Shown here: piece after piece, positions 1 through 9,176 of the stretch
How positions within the stretch are numbered: the stretch's first letter is position 1
How the letters are laid out: every line of letters begins with the position of its first letter
Made by a program: the position numbers and the translations under genes
From: a virus
Taxonomy: Duplodnaviria > Heunggongvirae > Uroviricota > Caudoviricetes
DNA: 45,135 nt
Virus record (IMG/VR): IMGVR_UViG_3300029549_000273
Direction: 5' to 3' (one strand)
Notes under the pieces: model-generated
Seen by the model: the letters and a program-made list of their open reading frames with translations, nothing else
Told to the model about the DNA's origin: nothing
Database searches by the model: none

Positions 1-858
1 TCAAGTTTTGAAATTCGGATGCAATTTCTGCATCCATTCAGTAAATTCTCCTTTGGTGCAGCCGGAAAGGTTCAATGCCTCCGCAACAGTCAATACACCT
101 TTGGCAACGAGGTCGCAGAAAGTTTCAATACGACCTTCTTGCCTGCCTTCTCTGATGCCTTCTTTGATGCCTTCTTCACGGCCTTCTTTATGAGCCGCCC
201 TGCGTTCATCCATGAGTGCCATACGGAACGTCACAAAATCAACCTCCTTTTCAGGGTCGTGCCTCACCTTCTGAGTGAGGTCTACTGCTTCCTGTGCCAA
301 CGTCGTTGAAAATTTCGCAGTGTCATTGTTGTCTCGAATATAGTCCAGATACTCGGCGATAGAATCGGAAACATTGCTCCTGTCCGTATACCTGGTATTG
401 AGCAAAATTACATGACTGCCATCATTGTATTCATCGTCCGTACCTTTGTAGTACGATACCCGCTCGTATTTCGCCAAGCCTTTTCCCACATGGTCAAAAT
501 TGCAGATGAAGATGATAAAACTCTCCGGCAGCTTATCGTAGTCCATGCTGCGCTTCAGCAGCTCCCGGTCGATGACCGACTGATAGTATCGGCTGCGTTT
601 TTCGATGCTGTCGGAGGTGTTCTGCATCTCGACATCGTAGTGAGTATTGTTTTCGTCTGCCAGAAATACGTCGAGCCGAATACCGTGACCGAGCACGGTA
701 TCGCTCAGGTCCGCTTCTTTGACCGCAAACACAATGCGCTCGATTTTGCATTGCAGTAATTCCTCCAGGAACAGCTTGCAGATGCCAGAGTTGCGCATAA
801 CCTCACCGAACATGAAGCGGTCAGACAAAGGTAGATTTTTGAACTCGTCTCGATACAT
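1..858 (-). CDS. Rpn family (PD-(D/E)xK_2) recombination-promoting nuclease / putative transposase
   Basis: DRFMFGEVM N-terminus, RLDV...DVEMQ catalytic motif, RSRYYQ, C-terminal EGREEG repeats. Confidence 0.85.
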   Translation of the reverse strand: MYRDEFKNLPLSDRFMFGEVMRNSGICKLFLEELLQCKIERIVFAVKEADLSDTVLGHGIRLDVFLADENNTHYDVEMQNTSDSIEKRSRYYQSVIDRELLKRSMDYDKLPESFIIFICNFDHVGKGLAKYERVSYYKGTDDEYNDGSHVILLNTRYTDRSNVSDSIAEYLDYIRDNNDTAKFSTTLAQEAVDLTQKVRHDPEKEVDFVTFRMALMDERRAAHKEGREEGIKEGIREGRQEGRIETFCDLVAKGVLTVAEALNLSGCTKGEFTEWMQKLHPNFKT

Positions 859-885
859 GGGTTTCCCTCTTTCTTTTGTTGCTTT

Positions 886-914
886 ATTATACCACGCGCC
901 TTTGTGCCTTACAA
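886..914 (-). promoter_or_regulatory. sigma-A-like promoter for the Rpn gene
   Basis: TTGTAA-17nt-TATAAT with extended TG. Confidence 0.6.
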
Positions 915-945
915 GCGGAAAATTGCGTAAAGTGTTTCGATGCTA

Positions 946-1497
946 TTAAAGTGCCTTCTTCCCGCCCGCAGGCGGCCAGTCCAGCATCGGCCGTCCGACA
1001 TTCAAAATCGCTTTCGCAATAGAATCGGGCGAGAAGAAGCGCGAAACGGAAATGCCGGTCCACGTTCCATTCGTGCCGTTGATGCCGTTCAGGAGTTTCA
1101 CCGCTCGGCCAAATTTTGCATCGCCAAATACGGGCCACTCTTTGAGATTTTTGGTGTAGTCATCTACGAGCACATCGGTCATTCTGACGCCGCCCGGAAC
1201 ACGCAGACGCTTGGGAACGGAGCTTTCGACATATAGTCGGTGGTCCACATCCACAAAACTCAGATACTCGTCGAGCCACGCATTCTTCTCCGAAATGGCA
1301 TAGCGGCTGTCAGCGAGAACCGCAGACAGGATAAACACCTCCGCTTCCCCGCTTTCGTAGAGCTTCCATGCGGCCTCTACAACGCTCTGATATGGCTTTA
1401 GCGAAAGGAAATAATCCTTCTCGTACAGGTCTTCCGGCTCCTTGGCGGCTTTCCATTCCGCCAGCGTGCCGTCCATGTCAAAAAATACTCGAAACAT
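946..1497 (-). CDS. HAD-family 5'(3')-deoxyribonucleotidase-like phosphatase
   Basis: FFDMDGTLA motif I, ILS motif II, LVDDYTKNL motif IV. Confidence 0.75.
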   Translation of the reverse strand: MFRVFFDMDGTLAEWKAAKEPEDLYEKDYFLSLKPYQSVVEAAWKLYESGEAEVFILSAVLADSRYAISEKNAWLDEYLSFVDVDHRLYVESSVPKRLRVPGGVRMTDVLVDDYTKNLKEWPVFGDAKFGRAVKLLNGINGTNGTWTGISVSRFFSPDSIAKAILNVGRPMLDWPPAGGKKAL

Positions 1498-1536
1498 ATT
1501 ATTATTCTCCTTTTCAGTCTATATGGGAGTCCCCGC

Positions 1537-1851
1537 TCAAATGAGCGAGGACTCTTTTCCCATGTGGTCAAAAATTTTCTCAGTGTTAATGCGATAGCCT
1601 CCGAATGGAGTTTCCTCCAGAAAGAAACCTCTGGACAGAAGCTCTGCTTCCAGTCCCAGATAGACCGGCCTCTTTCCAAACTGCGTCACGCGATACACAA
1701 CATACGGGTGGTTCTCCGCGAAGGCAAATGGGATTCTGACGCGAGTACCATCCGCCGTCTTTGCGGCGAACACAATGTCGTCGCCGAAGCGTTCCGGTCC
1801 GAAATGACACTCCTTGAGTCCGATGGCGGGCAAATCAAATGTCTGCTTCAC
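1537..1851 (-). CDS. hypothetical protein
   Basis: GTG start with GGAGG RBS, co-oriented in operon. Confidence 0.6.
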   Translation of the reverse strand: MKQTFDLPAIGLKECHFGPERFGDDIVFAAKTADGTRVRIPFAFAENHPYVVYRVTQFGKRPVYLGLEAELLSRGFFLEETPFGGYRINTEKIFDHMGKESSLI

Positions 1852-1882
1852 AGTGCCTCCCTCCTTCCCACAGACTTCCGAA

Positions 1883-2221
1883 TCAAAGGCATTCGCAAAT
1901 CTGCTTGCGGGTCAGGTTCGGCGTCGTGTCGAAGGTATTGACAAAATCCTTGAGTGTCTTCGTGCCGTCCTCAAGGGCGTTCATAGCTTTCTGCGCCTGC
2001 ACGGTGCTGGTGAACTTCATTCCCAGACGGAACTTCTCCCCACGGCGGGGATAGGCATAGTTGTAATAGCCTTTGTACACGCTGCCCTTAGCAATGGGGT
2101 AAGCTGCCAACTGGTCAGCATAGGCATGGACCGAAGGATAGTCCTCGCTCCAGTCTTCCATCTGAAGCAGATACTCGCCATCCACCTTCGACGTAATGTT
2201 TCTTCTCTCGATAACTTTCAT
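1883..2221 (-). CDS. hypothetical protein
   Basis: AAGGAG RBS, 112 aa. Confidence 0.65.
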   Translation of the reverse strand: MKVIERRNITSKVDGEYLLQMEDWSEDYPSVHAYADQLAAYPIAKGSVYKGYYNYAYPRRGEKFRLGMKFTSTVQAQKAMNALEDGTKTLKDFVNTFDTTPNLTRKQICECL

Positions 2222-2250
2222 AGTAAATCTCCTTATGCAACTTTTTTCTT

Positions 2251-2266
2251 TGTTTCATGTGAAACA
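2251..2266. promoter_or_regulatory. chromosomal-type parS (Spo0J/ParB) palindrome
   Basis: TGTTTCATGTGAAACA, one mismatch to TGTTNCACGTGAAACA, intergenic. Confidence 0.7.
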
Positions 2267-2288
2267 TTTGTGATTTTCGAAGATTTTT

Positions 2289-2352
2289 GGAACTTTTGAA
2301 CTGAAATTCTCAAATTCTTTAATTCCTGGATTCTCAGGTTCTCAGGTGCCAA
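2289..2352. repeat. phased 8-bp iteron array (same unit as the regulon boxes)
   Basis: GGAACTTT TGAACTGA then inverted AATTCTCA AATTCTTT AATTCCTG GATTCTCA GGTTCTCA GGTGCCAA. Confidence 0.6.
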
Positions 2353-2515
2353 TGCAGTAAATGTAGTTCCCATGCCGAACGACGTCGGCATCCTTGGGCC
2401 AGAACCCACACCGCTTCATGCCGCGAACGCTTCCGGAGCAGTGAATGTTCGGACACTTAGACAGGTCAATGTGTCCTTTTGCTGCGATAGCTTTTGTGAG
2501 AGATGTGTAATACAT
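2342..2515 (-). CDS. small hypothetical protein, 57 aa (not in ORF track)
   Basis: MYYTSLTKAIAAKGHIDLSKCPNIHCSGSVRGMKRCGFWPKDADVVRHGNYIYCIGT*, G-rich RBS, directly after the 66-aa gene. Confidence 0.55.
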   Translation of the reverse strand: MYYTSLTKAIAAKGHIDLSKCPNIHCSGSVRGMKRCGFWPKDADVVRHGNYIYCIGT

Positions 2516-2530
2516 GGTTCAGACCCCCCT

Positions 2531-2731
2531 TCAACAGACCGTCATTTTCCCGGTCAGTCGGATGGGAACGCTCTGAGAAAGCCCCATGTGCTTGCGGAAC
2601 TGGTAGCCGAGATTGCTTCTTGCCTTCTTTTCCGACTCTGCAAACGTCTGCCCTCTCCACTTCACGGAGAGAATGTCGTCAAAGGAGCGCACGGCACCAT
2701 CGTAACTGTACCTTTTTTTCGTGGTGTTCAT
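2531..2731 (-). CDS. small basic hypothetical protein
   Basis: GGAGAAATGAAAAATG start, first gene after module E1. Confidence 0.65.
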   Translation of the reverse strand: MNTTKKRYSYDGAVRSFDDILSVKWRGQTFAESEKKARSNLGYQFRKHMGLSQSVPIRLTGKMTVC

Positions 2732-2760
2732 TTTTCATTTCTCCATTCTGAAAAAATATG

Positions 2761-2895
2761 TATATAAAAGCCAGCGCTCCCAATGGGGGCACCGGCTGAA
2801 TTTTCATTTTGTTTGTGATACTTCCTTTGTATGTTTTCAGTATACGGCTTGTAGGAGAAACCCCCTTGTTTCAACGGCGGGAACTTGAGAACCCG
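2761..2895 (-). promoter_or_regulatory. conserved regulatory module E1 (8-bp boxes / -10 / leader / attenuator hairpin)
   Basis: box GGAACTTG-AGAACCCG at 2880, -10 TATACT 2839-2844, 35-nt gap. Confidence 0.85.
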
Positions 2896-2920
2896 AATTC
2901 CCGCTCTTGGAACCGCAAAG

Positions 2921-2952
2921 AAAAAGCCCGCTCTGCATTATGCAGAGCGGGC
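2921..2952 (-). terminator. intrinsic terminator
   Basis: GCCCGCTCTGCA/TGCAGAGCGGGC stem plus T-run on minus strand. Confidence 0.75.
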
Positions 2953-2962
2953 GTGCTTAGTC

Positions 2963-3334
2963 TCAGAGATTGAGGTTAATGCGGCGGTTGAGTTTCTTCA
3001 CCTCGTCCTTGCAGACGGTGCTCAATTCCTCCACTTCAGGAGCGGAATACACATTTTTGAGCATCGCGCAGGCGTCCTTGAAGGTGACATCCGGGCTGGT
3101 TGTGAAGAGAATGTTGGAATCATCCATCAGCTCAACGAGCCAGACAATGTACTCGTCCGTCTTGTTGTCCATCGTCAAATTGTCGATGATGTGATTCGTT
3201 TCCAGAAGCTCTGAGACAGCGGAGAAGTTCTCCGCCCATGCCGCGTGGCACTCGCGCTGTGCCTTCTCGACCTCATAGAACTCCTCGTCCGTCATAGTGT
3301 CGGCGAATACGCCGTAACAGTACGCTTTAATCAT
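2963..3334 (-). CDS. acidic hypothetical protein
   Basis: AAGGAG RBS, 123 aa. Confidence 0.65.
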   Translation of the reverse strand: MIKAYCYGVFADTMTDEEFYEVEKAQRECHAAWAENFSAVSELLETNHIIDNLTMDNKTDEYIVWLVELMDDSNILFTTSPDVTFKDACAMLKNVYSAPEVEELSTVCKDEVKKLNRRINLNL

Positions 3335-3346
3335 AATTTTGTCTCC

Positions 3347-4300
3347 TTATCGAAAGTCGGTATTCTCAAACAGATAGTCCACGACAATCTGTTCCGTCCG
3401 CTGCCGGGAAAGTCTCATTTTCTGAATGACTTCCACATCAGGGAACAGGTTTCTGATATGCCGCGAAGCACGAATAGCTCGCGACAAATCTTCGTCATCG
3501 CTGGCGTTATTCTCCACGAGGCACAACAGGTCATAGACCGGTGCGGAAGAAATGCTTAGGATAGAATAGATGGAGCATCTGCGGTTGAGCTTTTCGCATA
3601 CATCTCGCATCGTCTCCATGGGCGGCAGCGTGACGCAGATGCGTCCGTTGCAGTCATTCTTGAAGCATTTACCTCTTCCCGTCCCGGTTTTCTTACGGAG
3701 GCTCTCACGCCATCTGTCGTCCTCTCCATACAATCCGGAGCACCTGTCCGCCGGCCACCTTGGGTCACGAACATAGACGCACCACGTTGAGGAGTTGCTG
3801 TTTCTGTCTTCGAGCTTCACATGGGCGATGTATGGATTTGCTGCCTTGAGTCGGTCCAGTGAATCGTCTGCCATGTTCAGGTCCTCAAGGATTTCCTCTG
3901 TCGTTCTTCCCCCGCAATCCGCCGTCCGAATACAGGCGTCTGAAACAGACCGGGTAGAATAGCAGTATTTCAGAGCTTGACATACGGCGGAAACCGTTGC
4001 GTTCGCGGGTAGGGACAGTTCAATGCGGATATTGCAATCCAGTGTTTTCGCTGCTTCTTCGCAGTTCCATGCGTCAGAGCTGTGCGTCGCGGGGCGTCTG
4101 AAGTCCATCAGATAGACGGCCCAGATACTCCGTTCGCTTTCTGCCTGAATGGGATGTAAATTTGCAATGAACGGGTTTTCCCTGCGCAGACGCAGTATCC
4201 GGTCGTGTTCCTCCTTTCTCGCCAGCGCCGCGAATTCGCGGCTGTCCCTATCAGGATGATAGAGGAAAAAGAAGGCTGGTATGGAGTGTTTTCTTTTTAT
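3347..4300 (-). CDS. hypothetical protein with internal tandem domain duplication; probable ATA start (317 aa)
   Basis: frame is open 64 codons upstream of the called ATG (4108) to ATA at 4300 behind GGAGG; the extension resembles the second repeat. Confidence 0.55.
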   Translation of the reverse strand: MKRKHSIPAFFFLYHPDRDSREFAALARKEEHDRILRLRRENPFIANLHPIQAESERSIWAVYLMDFRRPATHSSDAWNCEEAAKTLDCNIRIELSLPANATVSAVCQALKYCYSTRSVSDACIRTADCGGRTTEEILEDLNMADDSLDRLKAANPYIAHVKLEDRNSNSSTWCVYVRDPRWPADRCSGLYGEDDRWRESLRKKTGTGRGKCFKNDCNGRICVTLPPMETMRDVCEKLNRRCSIYSILSISSAPVYDLLCLVENNASDDEDLSRAIRASRHIRNLFPDVEVIQKMRLSRQRTEQIVVDYLFENTDFR

Positions 4301-4312
4301 GCCACCCCTCCC

Positions 4313-4936
4313 TCACATCTCGAAACCGATGTCTCGGACGGGGTGCTTGGTCCCATAATCCTCATTGAACTGCTCCGCTGCCGGCTCTGGTACATAGCTG
4401 TCCCCGTCCGGCGTAAAGCGCCCATCAAGGATGATTTTCTGAAGTGTCTTTGCCGACAGGTCTTCGTCCGGGCCAAAGATAGCGGCTTCCTCCTCAGCGG
4501 TAATCCGAAGTGAAACGCCAAGCCGCGCCCACAGCTTGCGTGTGAGTGGCTTCTCACCGGAGGCAAAGTTGAACTGTGGGGCCTGCCGACGCTGCGCACA
4601 ATGCGTGAGCCATGCCTGAACCTCGTCTGTCCAATATTTCCTTCCGGCTGTATGACGGCCATCTGAAAAAATGATGCCTTTGCTGGACTCAATTTGGTGA
4701 ATGAAGATAGTCACTTCACCGCGAATCGGTTGAAACTTAATCGCCCACGGGCCATCCGCGTGAATCTTTCTCGCGGAAGCCGGCGTAGGAAAGCTCATAG
4801 CCCCCGTGTTGCTGGAGTAGTCCTGCTGCATCTGGTCGAATATCCAGTTTTCCAATTCGGAAAGGCTGGCAAAGGATTTCGCTTCAACTTTCCGCCAGAA
4901 GTCGTTCAGGTATCTTTCTAACTTTACGTTTAGCAT
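4313..4936 (-). CDS. hypothetical protein
   Basis: AAGGAG RBS before MLNVK. Confidence 0.65.
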   Translation of the reverse strand: MLNVKLERYLNDFWRKVEAKSFASLSELENWIFDQMQQDYSSNTGAMSFPTPASARKIHADGPWAIKFQPIRGEVTIFIHQIESSKGIIFSDGRHTAGRKYWTDEVQAWLTHCAQRRQAPQFNFASGEKPLTRKLWARLGVSLRITAEEEAAIFGPDEDLSAKTLQKIILDGRFTPDGDSYVPEPAAEQFNEDYGTKHPVRDIGFEM

Positions 4937-5055
4937 TTTTAGTTCTCCTTTCATTTGCGGCCGCTCAAAGCGGAAATCAGCTGCGCGAGGGAAGCCTGTT
5001 CTCCATTGTCGAGGATTTTCATATTCATCTTTCTCCTTGCGTGATTATTTTTTTG

Positions 5056-5198
5056 TATATAAAAGTCAGCACCCCCCAATGAGGCGCTGGCTGAACTTTC
5101 TTTATGTTTGTGATACTTCTTTTGTATGGTTTCAGCATACCGGCGGAGTGAGAAATTGTGCTATTTCTTAACAGGGAACCTGAGAATATGGGAACTTG
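5056..5198 (-). promoter_or_regulatory. conserved regulatory module E2
   Basis: boxes GGAACCTG AGAATATG GGAACTTG from 5175; -10 TATGCT 5134-5139; 35-nt gap. Confidence 0.85.
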
Positions 5199-5260
5199 AT
5201 TGCGATAAGGCCCGAAAAATGCCAGCGGATTGTAAGTCCGCTGGCATTTAGTGCATATAA

Positions 5261-6727
5261 TCATGCAAACTGTACCTGTCTCTGCGCCTGAAGGATACGC
5301 AGAATACAGCGCTTTATAAACTCACCGATTGCTACAGGCACGCTGTTTCCTACCTGCTGCTGCATCTGTCCGAGCGTTCCGCAAATGCGGAAATCCTTCG
5401 GCAGCCCTTGCAGAGCCTTCGCCTCCGCTACTGTCAGCGTTCGGTTCTCCAACGGATGAATGAGCGGAGGTTTCCGCCAATTCACAATGGTCGGAGAAGG
5501 CTCGTTCCATGCCAGACGCCGGTAGGTACAGGAATGGCGGTTTTTGCTTTCCGTACGGTATTCTTCTGGGATAGAGGCATAGTTGCCGCCCTGTGGCACG
5601 AAGCTCATACGCTTCTCCACCTCCGGACTTGGCTTGGTCACATCACCGTAATTGCTCCAGGATGCGTCCACTTTACCGATAGCATCTCCTGCCGTCCGGT
5701 ATTTCCCTGCCAGCGTAATGTCTGCCAGCTTTGGTGTACCGATGCGGCTGCCGAGGATAACAGCACGTTTCCGCGTTGTATAGCCTCCGACTTTGCAATC
5801 CTGCACGATACCGGAATCCAGCTCATAGCCGAAACTCTCAGCCTTTTCGCGGACTGCGGCATAGTAGGAACCACCGCAGGCGGTAAGGACTTCCGGTACG
5901 TTTTCGATAGCAAAGACTTTCGGATTGAGTGTTTCAACAATGCGCATATACTGCATCAAAAGGTCGCTGTCCGGATGGTCTTCTAACCGCGTGTGCCGGT
6001 TGGCGTTGCTGAACGGTTTGCAGGATGGACCGCCGACAATAACATCGGGAGCCTTTACCGTGCTGTCCAGCGGGAAACCATTCTCCTTGGTAAACGCTTT
6101 GTGAACATCCCCGTGAACGATGTGCATACCGATGTTCTGACGATAGGTCTGGCAGGCACCGGCGTCGTAGTCGATGGCATACTGGATGCTGAACCGCTCG
6201 TCCTTGAAAAACGGCCAGTCGAGGATGCCAGCACCTGAGAACAGAGACACCACAGAATATATATCTGGTAAATCCTTCTGAATTGCAGCGATGTCCAGCG
6301 GTGCTTTGCTGGATGCAAGGTATTCGTCCAGCGTGATTTGTGTGCCTTCCAGAATACGGGACACCGCGCAGCTGTCGCTGATGCCCACGACCTTTCTGGC
6401 CTGAGCCAGAAGCGTTCGTGGAAATTGCAGGACAACCGCGTGCTCCGCTTCACCCGAAACAAGGATACTTTCCGCCGTGATATGCAGACGGATATTTTCC
6501 ATGCCGGCAATCGCATCGAGCACTTCCCTGTTTCGCAGGTCGATAAGCGGGTTCCAGCCGGAGCCAGACCTCTTCCGCGACACGGTATAGCGACCCGTTT
6601 TAGACGGGACGATGCGGATGCCGGAGTTGCTGATGATGTAGTCGTACCGGCTTCCAATTTGCATGGTCTCTGTAGGCGTAAAACTGAACGTCAGCCCTCT
6701 TTTGCTTTCCTTAATTTTTTTGTCCAT
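5261..6727 (-). CDS. DNA (cytosine-5) methyltransferase with N-terminal extension, orphan
   Basis: LFSGAG, GGPSC, ENV, RTLT..EA, GNSV motifs; start MDKK after AAGGAG. Confidence 0.9.
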   Translation of the reverse strand: MDKKIKESKRGLTFSFTPTETMQIGSRYDYIISNSGIRIVPSKTGRYTVSRKRSGSGWNPLIDLRNREVLDAIAGMENIRLHITAESILVSGEAEHAVVLQFPRTLLAQARKVVGISDSCAVSRILEGTQITLDEYLASSKAPLDIAAIQKDLPDIYSVVSLFSGAGILDWPFFKDERFSIQYAIDYDAGACQTYRQNIGMHIVHGDVHKAFTKENGFPLDSTVKAPDVIVGGPSCKPFSNANRHTRLEDHPDSDLLMQYMRIVETLNPKVFAIENVPEVLTACGGSYYAAVREKAESFGYELDSGIVQDCKVGGYTTRKRAVILGSRIGTPKLADITLAGKYRTAGDAIGKVDASWSNYGDVTKPSPEVEKRMSFVPQGGNYASIPEEYRTESKNRHSCTYRRLAWNEPSPTIVNWRKPPLIHPLENRTLTVAEAKALQGLPKDFRICGTLGQMQQQVGNSVPVAIGEFIKRCILRILQAQRQVQFA

Positions 6728-6782
6728 TTTCTTTCTCCTTTTGAGAAGAAGGCGGCTGTTCTCAGCCGCCTTCTTCGTTTCG

Positions 6783-6980
6783 TTATTCATCATCATCTTC
6801 GCAGATATGCTCGTCCAGCGCACCGTTCTTCACGCAATCCTCGCAGAAGACAGCACCGCAGTCCGCGCAATCTACAGCCAAATCCTCTCTGCGGAGATGC
6901 TTCCCACAGTTGCAGCAGGAAAACAGCGTAGAGCCGATAGGGCGAAGAAATCTGGTGTATTTACTCTCCTTATTGGGCAT
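6783..6980 (-). CDS. small Cys-rich zinc-finger-like protein
   Basis: CCNC..CADC..CEDC..HIC pattern. Confidence 0.6.
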   Translation of the reverse strand: MPNKESKYTRFLRPIGSTLFSCCNCGKHLRREDLAVDCADCGAVFCEDCVKNGALDEHICEDDDE

Positions 6981-7245
6981 CTCTATTTTCCTCTCTTTCT
7001 GTGTCGGCGGATTCACAATGATGATGGACAATCACCGGGTCATCGCGGCCTATGTCATATACCGTTGTCAGCATATCATGGGTGCCGCTGTCATACTCCG
7101 TACAGGCCAACAGCTCAGGCTCGCATCCTTCGCGGAGCAATTCGACATAAACGCCGGGGTAATCCGCCATTATATCGCTATTCTCGTGCTTTGCGTAAAT
7201 GTGCAGGTCGCCCATCGGGGTTTTGACATGAAATTCTCGCTTCAT
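6970..7245 (-). CDS. hypothetical protein
   Basis: AAGGAGAAATGAAAATG start, first gene after E3. Confidence 0.6.
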   Translation of the reverse strand: MKREFHVKTPMGDLHIYAKHENSDIMADYPGVYVELLREGCEPELLACTEYDSGTHDMLTTVYDIGRDDPVIVHHHCESADTEREENRDAQ

Positions 7246-7282
7246 TTTCATTTCTCCTTTTCTGTGATGGTTTTGTGATATG

Positions 7283-7411
7283 TTAAAGCCAGCATCCGCA
7301 ATGGATACTGACTGAATTTTCTTTATGTATGTGATACTTCCTTTGTATGGTTTCAGCATACCGGCGGAGATGGAAAACGGCTCATTCCTCTATCGAGAAC
7401 CTAAGAACCTG
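7283..7411 (-). promoter_or_regulatory. conserved regulatory module E3
   Basis: boxes AGAACCTA AGAACCTG from 7396; -10 7355-7360; 35-nt gap. Confidence 0.85.
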
Positions 7412-7420
7412 GGAGTGCGC

Positions 7421-7451
7421 AAAAAAGGACCGGCAGGAAATCCTGCCGGTC
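7421..7451 (-). terminator. intrinsic terminator
   Basis: GACCGGCAGG/CCTGCCGGTC stem plus T-run on minus strand. Confidence 0.7.
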
Positions 7452-7466
7452 ACGAGAAATGTACAA

Positions 7467-7898
7467 CTATCTCCAGACCATGCTGCATTTATGTTCCGCG
7501 CAGTCCTCCAGGATTTTTTTGAAATCCCGAAACATCGCGCAGTCTTCGCGTCCAGCATAGCCATAGCAGATATTGTCGTCGTAGTTGCCGATGACCTTTA
7601 GCAACTCTTTACAGGCTCCATAACGAATCGAACCTTCACAGTCTGATTGCAAGCAGAAATCGACAATTTTCACGGAGACACGCTTCTTATTGAGAAGCTC
7701 CTCCGTTTTCTTGTCAAAATCCTCGTAGAACTTTTCACGTTCCTTTTCATCGCGAATGCGTTCCTCGACAAGCGCCTTGTAGTGGCTGGCCCACGGTTCC
7801 CCAACAAGTTCGGAAATTTTGCTCCGCAGCCGCAGGAAACCGCCGCTGCCCACGTCAATAGTCCGACCTGTCTTCGTGCAGGAAATTGTTACGCCCAT
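7467..7898 (-). CDS. hypothetical protein (QSDCEG motif)
   Basis: start MGVT abuts the stop of the kinase gene; the longer ORF call overlaps that gene. Confidence 0.65.
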   Translation of the reverse strand: MGVTISCTKTGRTIDVGSGGFLRLRSKISELVGEPWASHYKALVEERIRDEKEREKFYEDFDKKTEELLNKKRVSVKIVDFCLQSDCEGSIRYGACKELLKVIGNYDDNICYGYAGREDCAMFRDFKKILEDCAEHKCSMVWR

Positions 7899-7899
7899 G

Positions 7900-8490
7900 T
7901 TAAACCCGCTCCTGCCGTTTGATGTACTGGTAAACAAGGTCCGGAATCTCGTCTTCAAGACCCTTAACTGAAGCGAAATTGTTGCGAAAAACAACATCGC
8001 AGCATTCCTGTAGACCGTAGAGTGCGTAGGTTTTCGGGTTCGATGCGATACGGCGTGCTGGGGCGAACGCGATTCTGTCATGCTCAACGCGCTCGCTGAC
8101 AGCTTCCTTACTGTCGCCGCGTGCTCTCATGCGGCGCTTACAGACTTCTTCAGCTGCGAACAGCCCGATGACCTTCACGCCCTTTTTGCCGCTGTAATGC
8201 TCCTTCATGTAAGCCACACCAGCAGGGTCAATGGCGTAGATATCAGAGACTTCTACCATCTCGGCCGGAACGCCGTAGCGATGCCCGTCAAACACGGTAT
8301 ACGCGCACAGATTTTCCAGCTTGTCAAACTCCTCCGGAGTCACGAAGGTATGTCCTCCCTCGCCCTCAAAGCGGGGCGGGCGCTCCGTGTACGAGAGGAC
8401 CTGCTTGAGACGGTATTTCTCTTCGAGGCGGTTTGCCACCATCGTCTTGCCGGACCCGGATGGCCCAACGATAAGATAGATATTTTTCAT
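7900..8490 (-). CDS. guanylate kinase-like protein
   Basis: GPSGSGKT P-loop, SYTERPPR, YG motif. Confidence 0.8.
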   Translation of the reverse strand: MKNIYLIVGPSGSGKTMVANRLEEKYRLKQVLSYTERPPRFEGEGGHTFVTPEEFDKLENLCAYTVFDGHRYGVPAEMVEVSDIYAIDPAGVAYMKEHYSGKKGVKVIGLFAAEEVCKRRMRARGDSKEAVSERVEHDRIAFAPARRIASNPKTYALYGLQECCDVVFRNNFASVKGLEDEIPDLVYQYIKRQERV

Positions 8491-8510
8491 ACATCTTTCT
8501 CCTTTTTTGT

Positions 8511-8792
8511 TCAGAATAGCTGAATGCCAAACTTTTGAGCCGCTTGTACCAGAATGGCGTACTTTTCATCCGGCTCCGCTTCTGCAAATTTGCGTGAGGT
8601 TCCGGCCCTCACGGTTAATTCCAGCGCATACGGATTGTCCACCGTTGTGCAGTATGTGGACGCTGCCGCCAACTGTGCGGCAGTCATCCGCGTCGGCACT
8701 TCGAGCGTTGTGCCGCTCCGTTCAACATAGTGCCGGGTAATTCTATCCCTGCGCCACGGAACGAATGTCAGGTCGATTTTATTTTTGTGCAT
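8511..8792 (-). CDS. hypothetical protein
   Basis: GAGG RBS, operon context. Confidence 0.55.
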   Translation of the reverse strand: MHKNKIDLTFVPWRRDRITRHYVERSGTTLEVPTRMTAAQLAAASTYCTTVDNPYALELTVRAGTSRKFAEAEPDEKYAILVQAAQKFGIQLF

Positions 8793-8834
8793 TGTCGTTT
8801 TCCTCTATTTGCCTTAGCAGAACAGGCCGCTGTT

Positions 8835-9149
8835 TCACAGCAGCCCATTCTTGGTTTTGAATTCCAGTTTTTGTTTATCCGAGAATTTTTCGTAACGTTG
8901 GACAAACTCAACAATGAGCTTTTCCACGGCGTCCGGGGTGGCATACAGGTTATTTGCCCAGGCGCGGCATTTTCCGTTGTATCGGAGCAGAACCCCGATA
9001 TTCCTGGATGCAGCAGCGTAAAACACCGCAGGTATGAACTCAACGCCATCCTGCGTACTGTGAGAGTGCTTGGCGTATAACCCACTGACCCTGACCACTA
9101 CACCGGTCTCGGTCGGTGCATTTAACGATTTCTTGCATTGACATTTCAT
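8835..9149 (-). CDS. hypothetical protein
   Basis: GGAGG RBS before MKCQC. Confidence 0.55.
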   Translation of the reverse strand: MKCQCKKSLNAPTETGVVVRVSGLYAKHSHSTQDGVEFIPAVFYAAASRNIGVLLRYNGKCRAWANNLYATPDAVEKLIVEFVQRYEKFSDKQKLEFKTKNGLL

Positions 9150-9176
9150 AAAAAATACCTCCAACATAGTTTGGGA

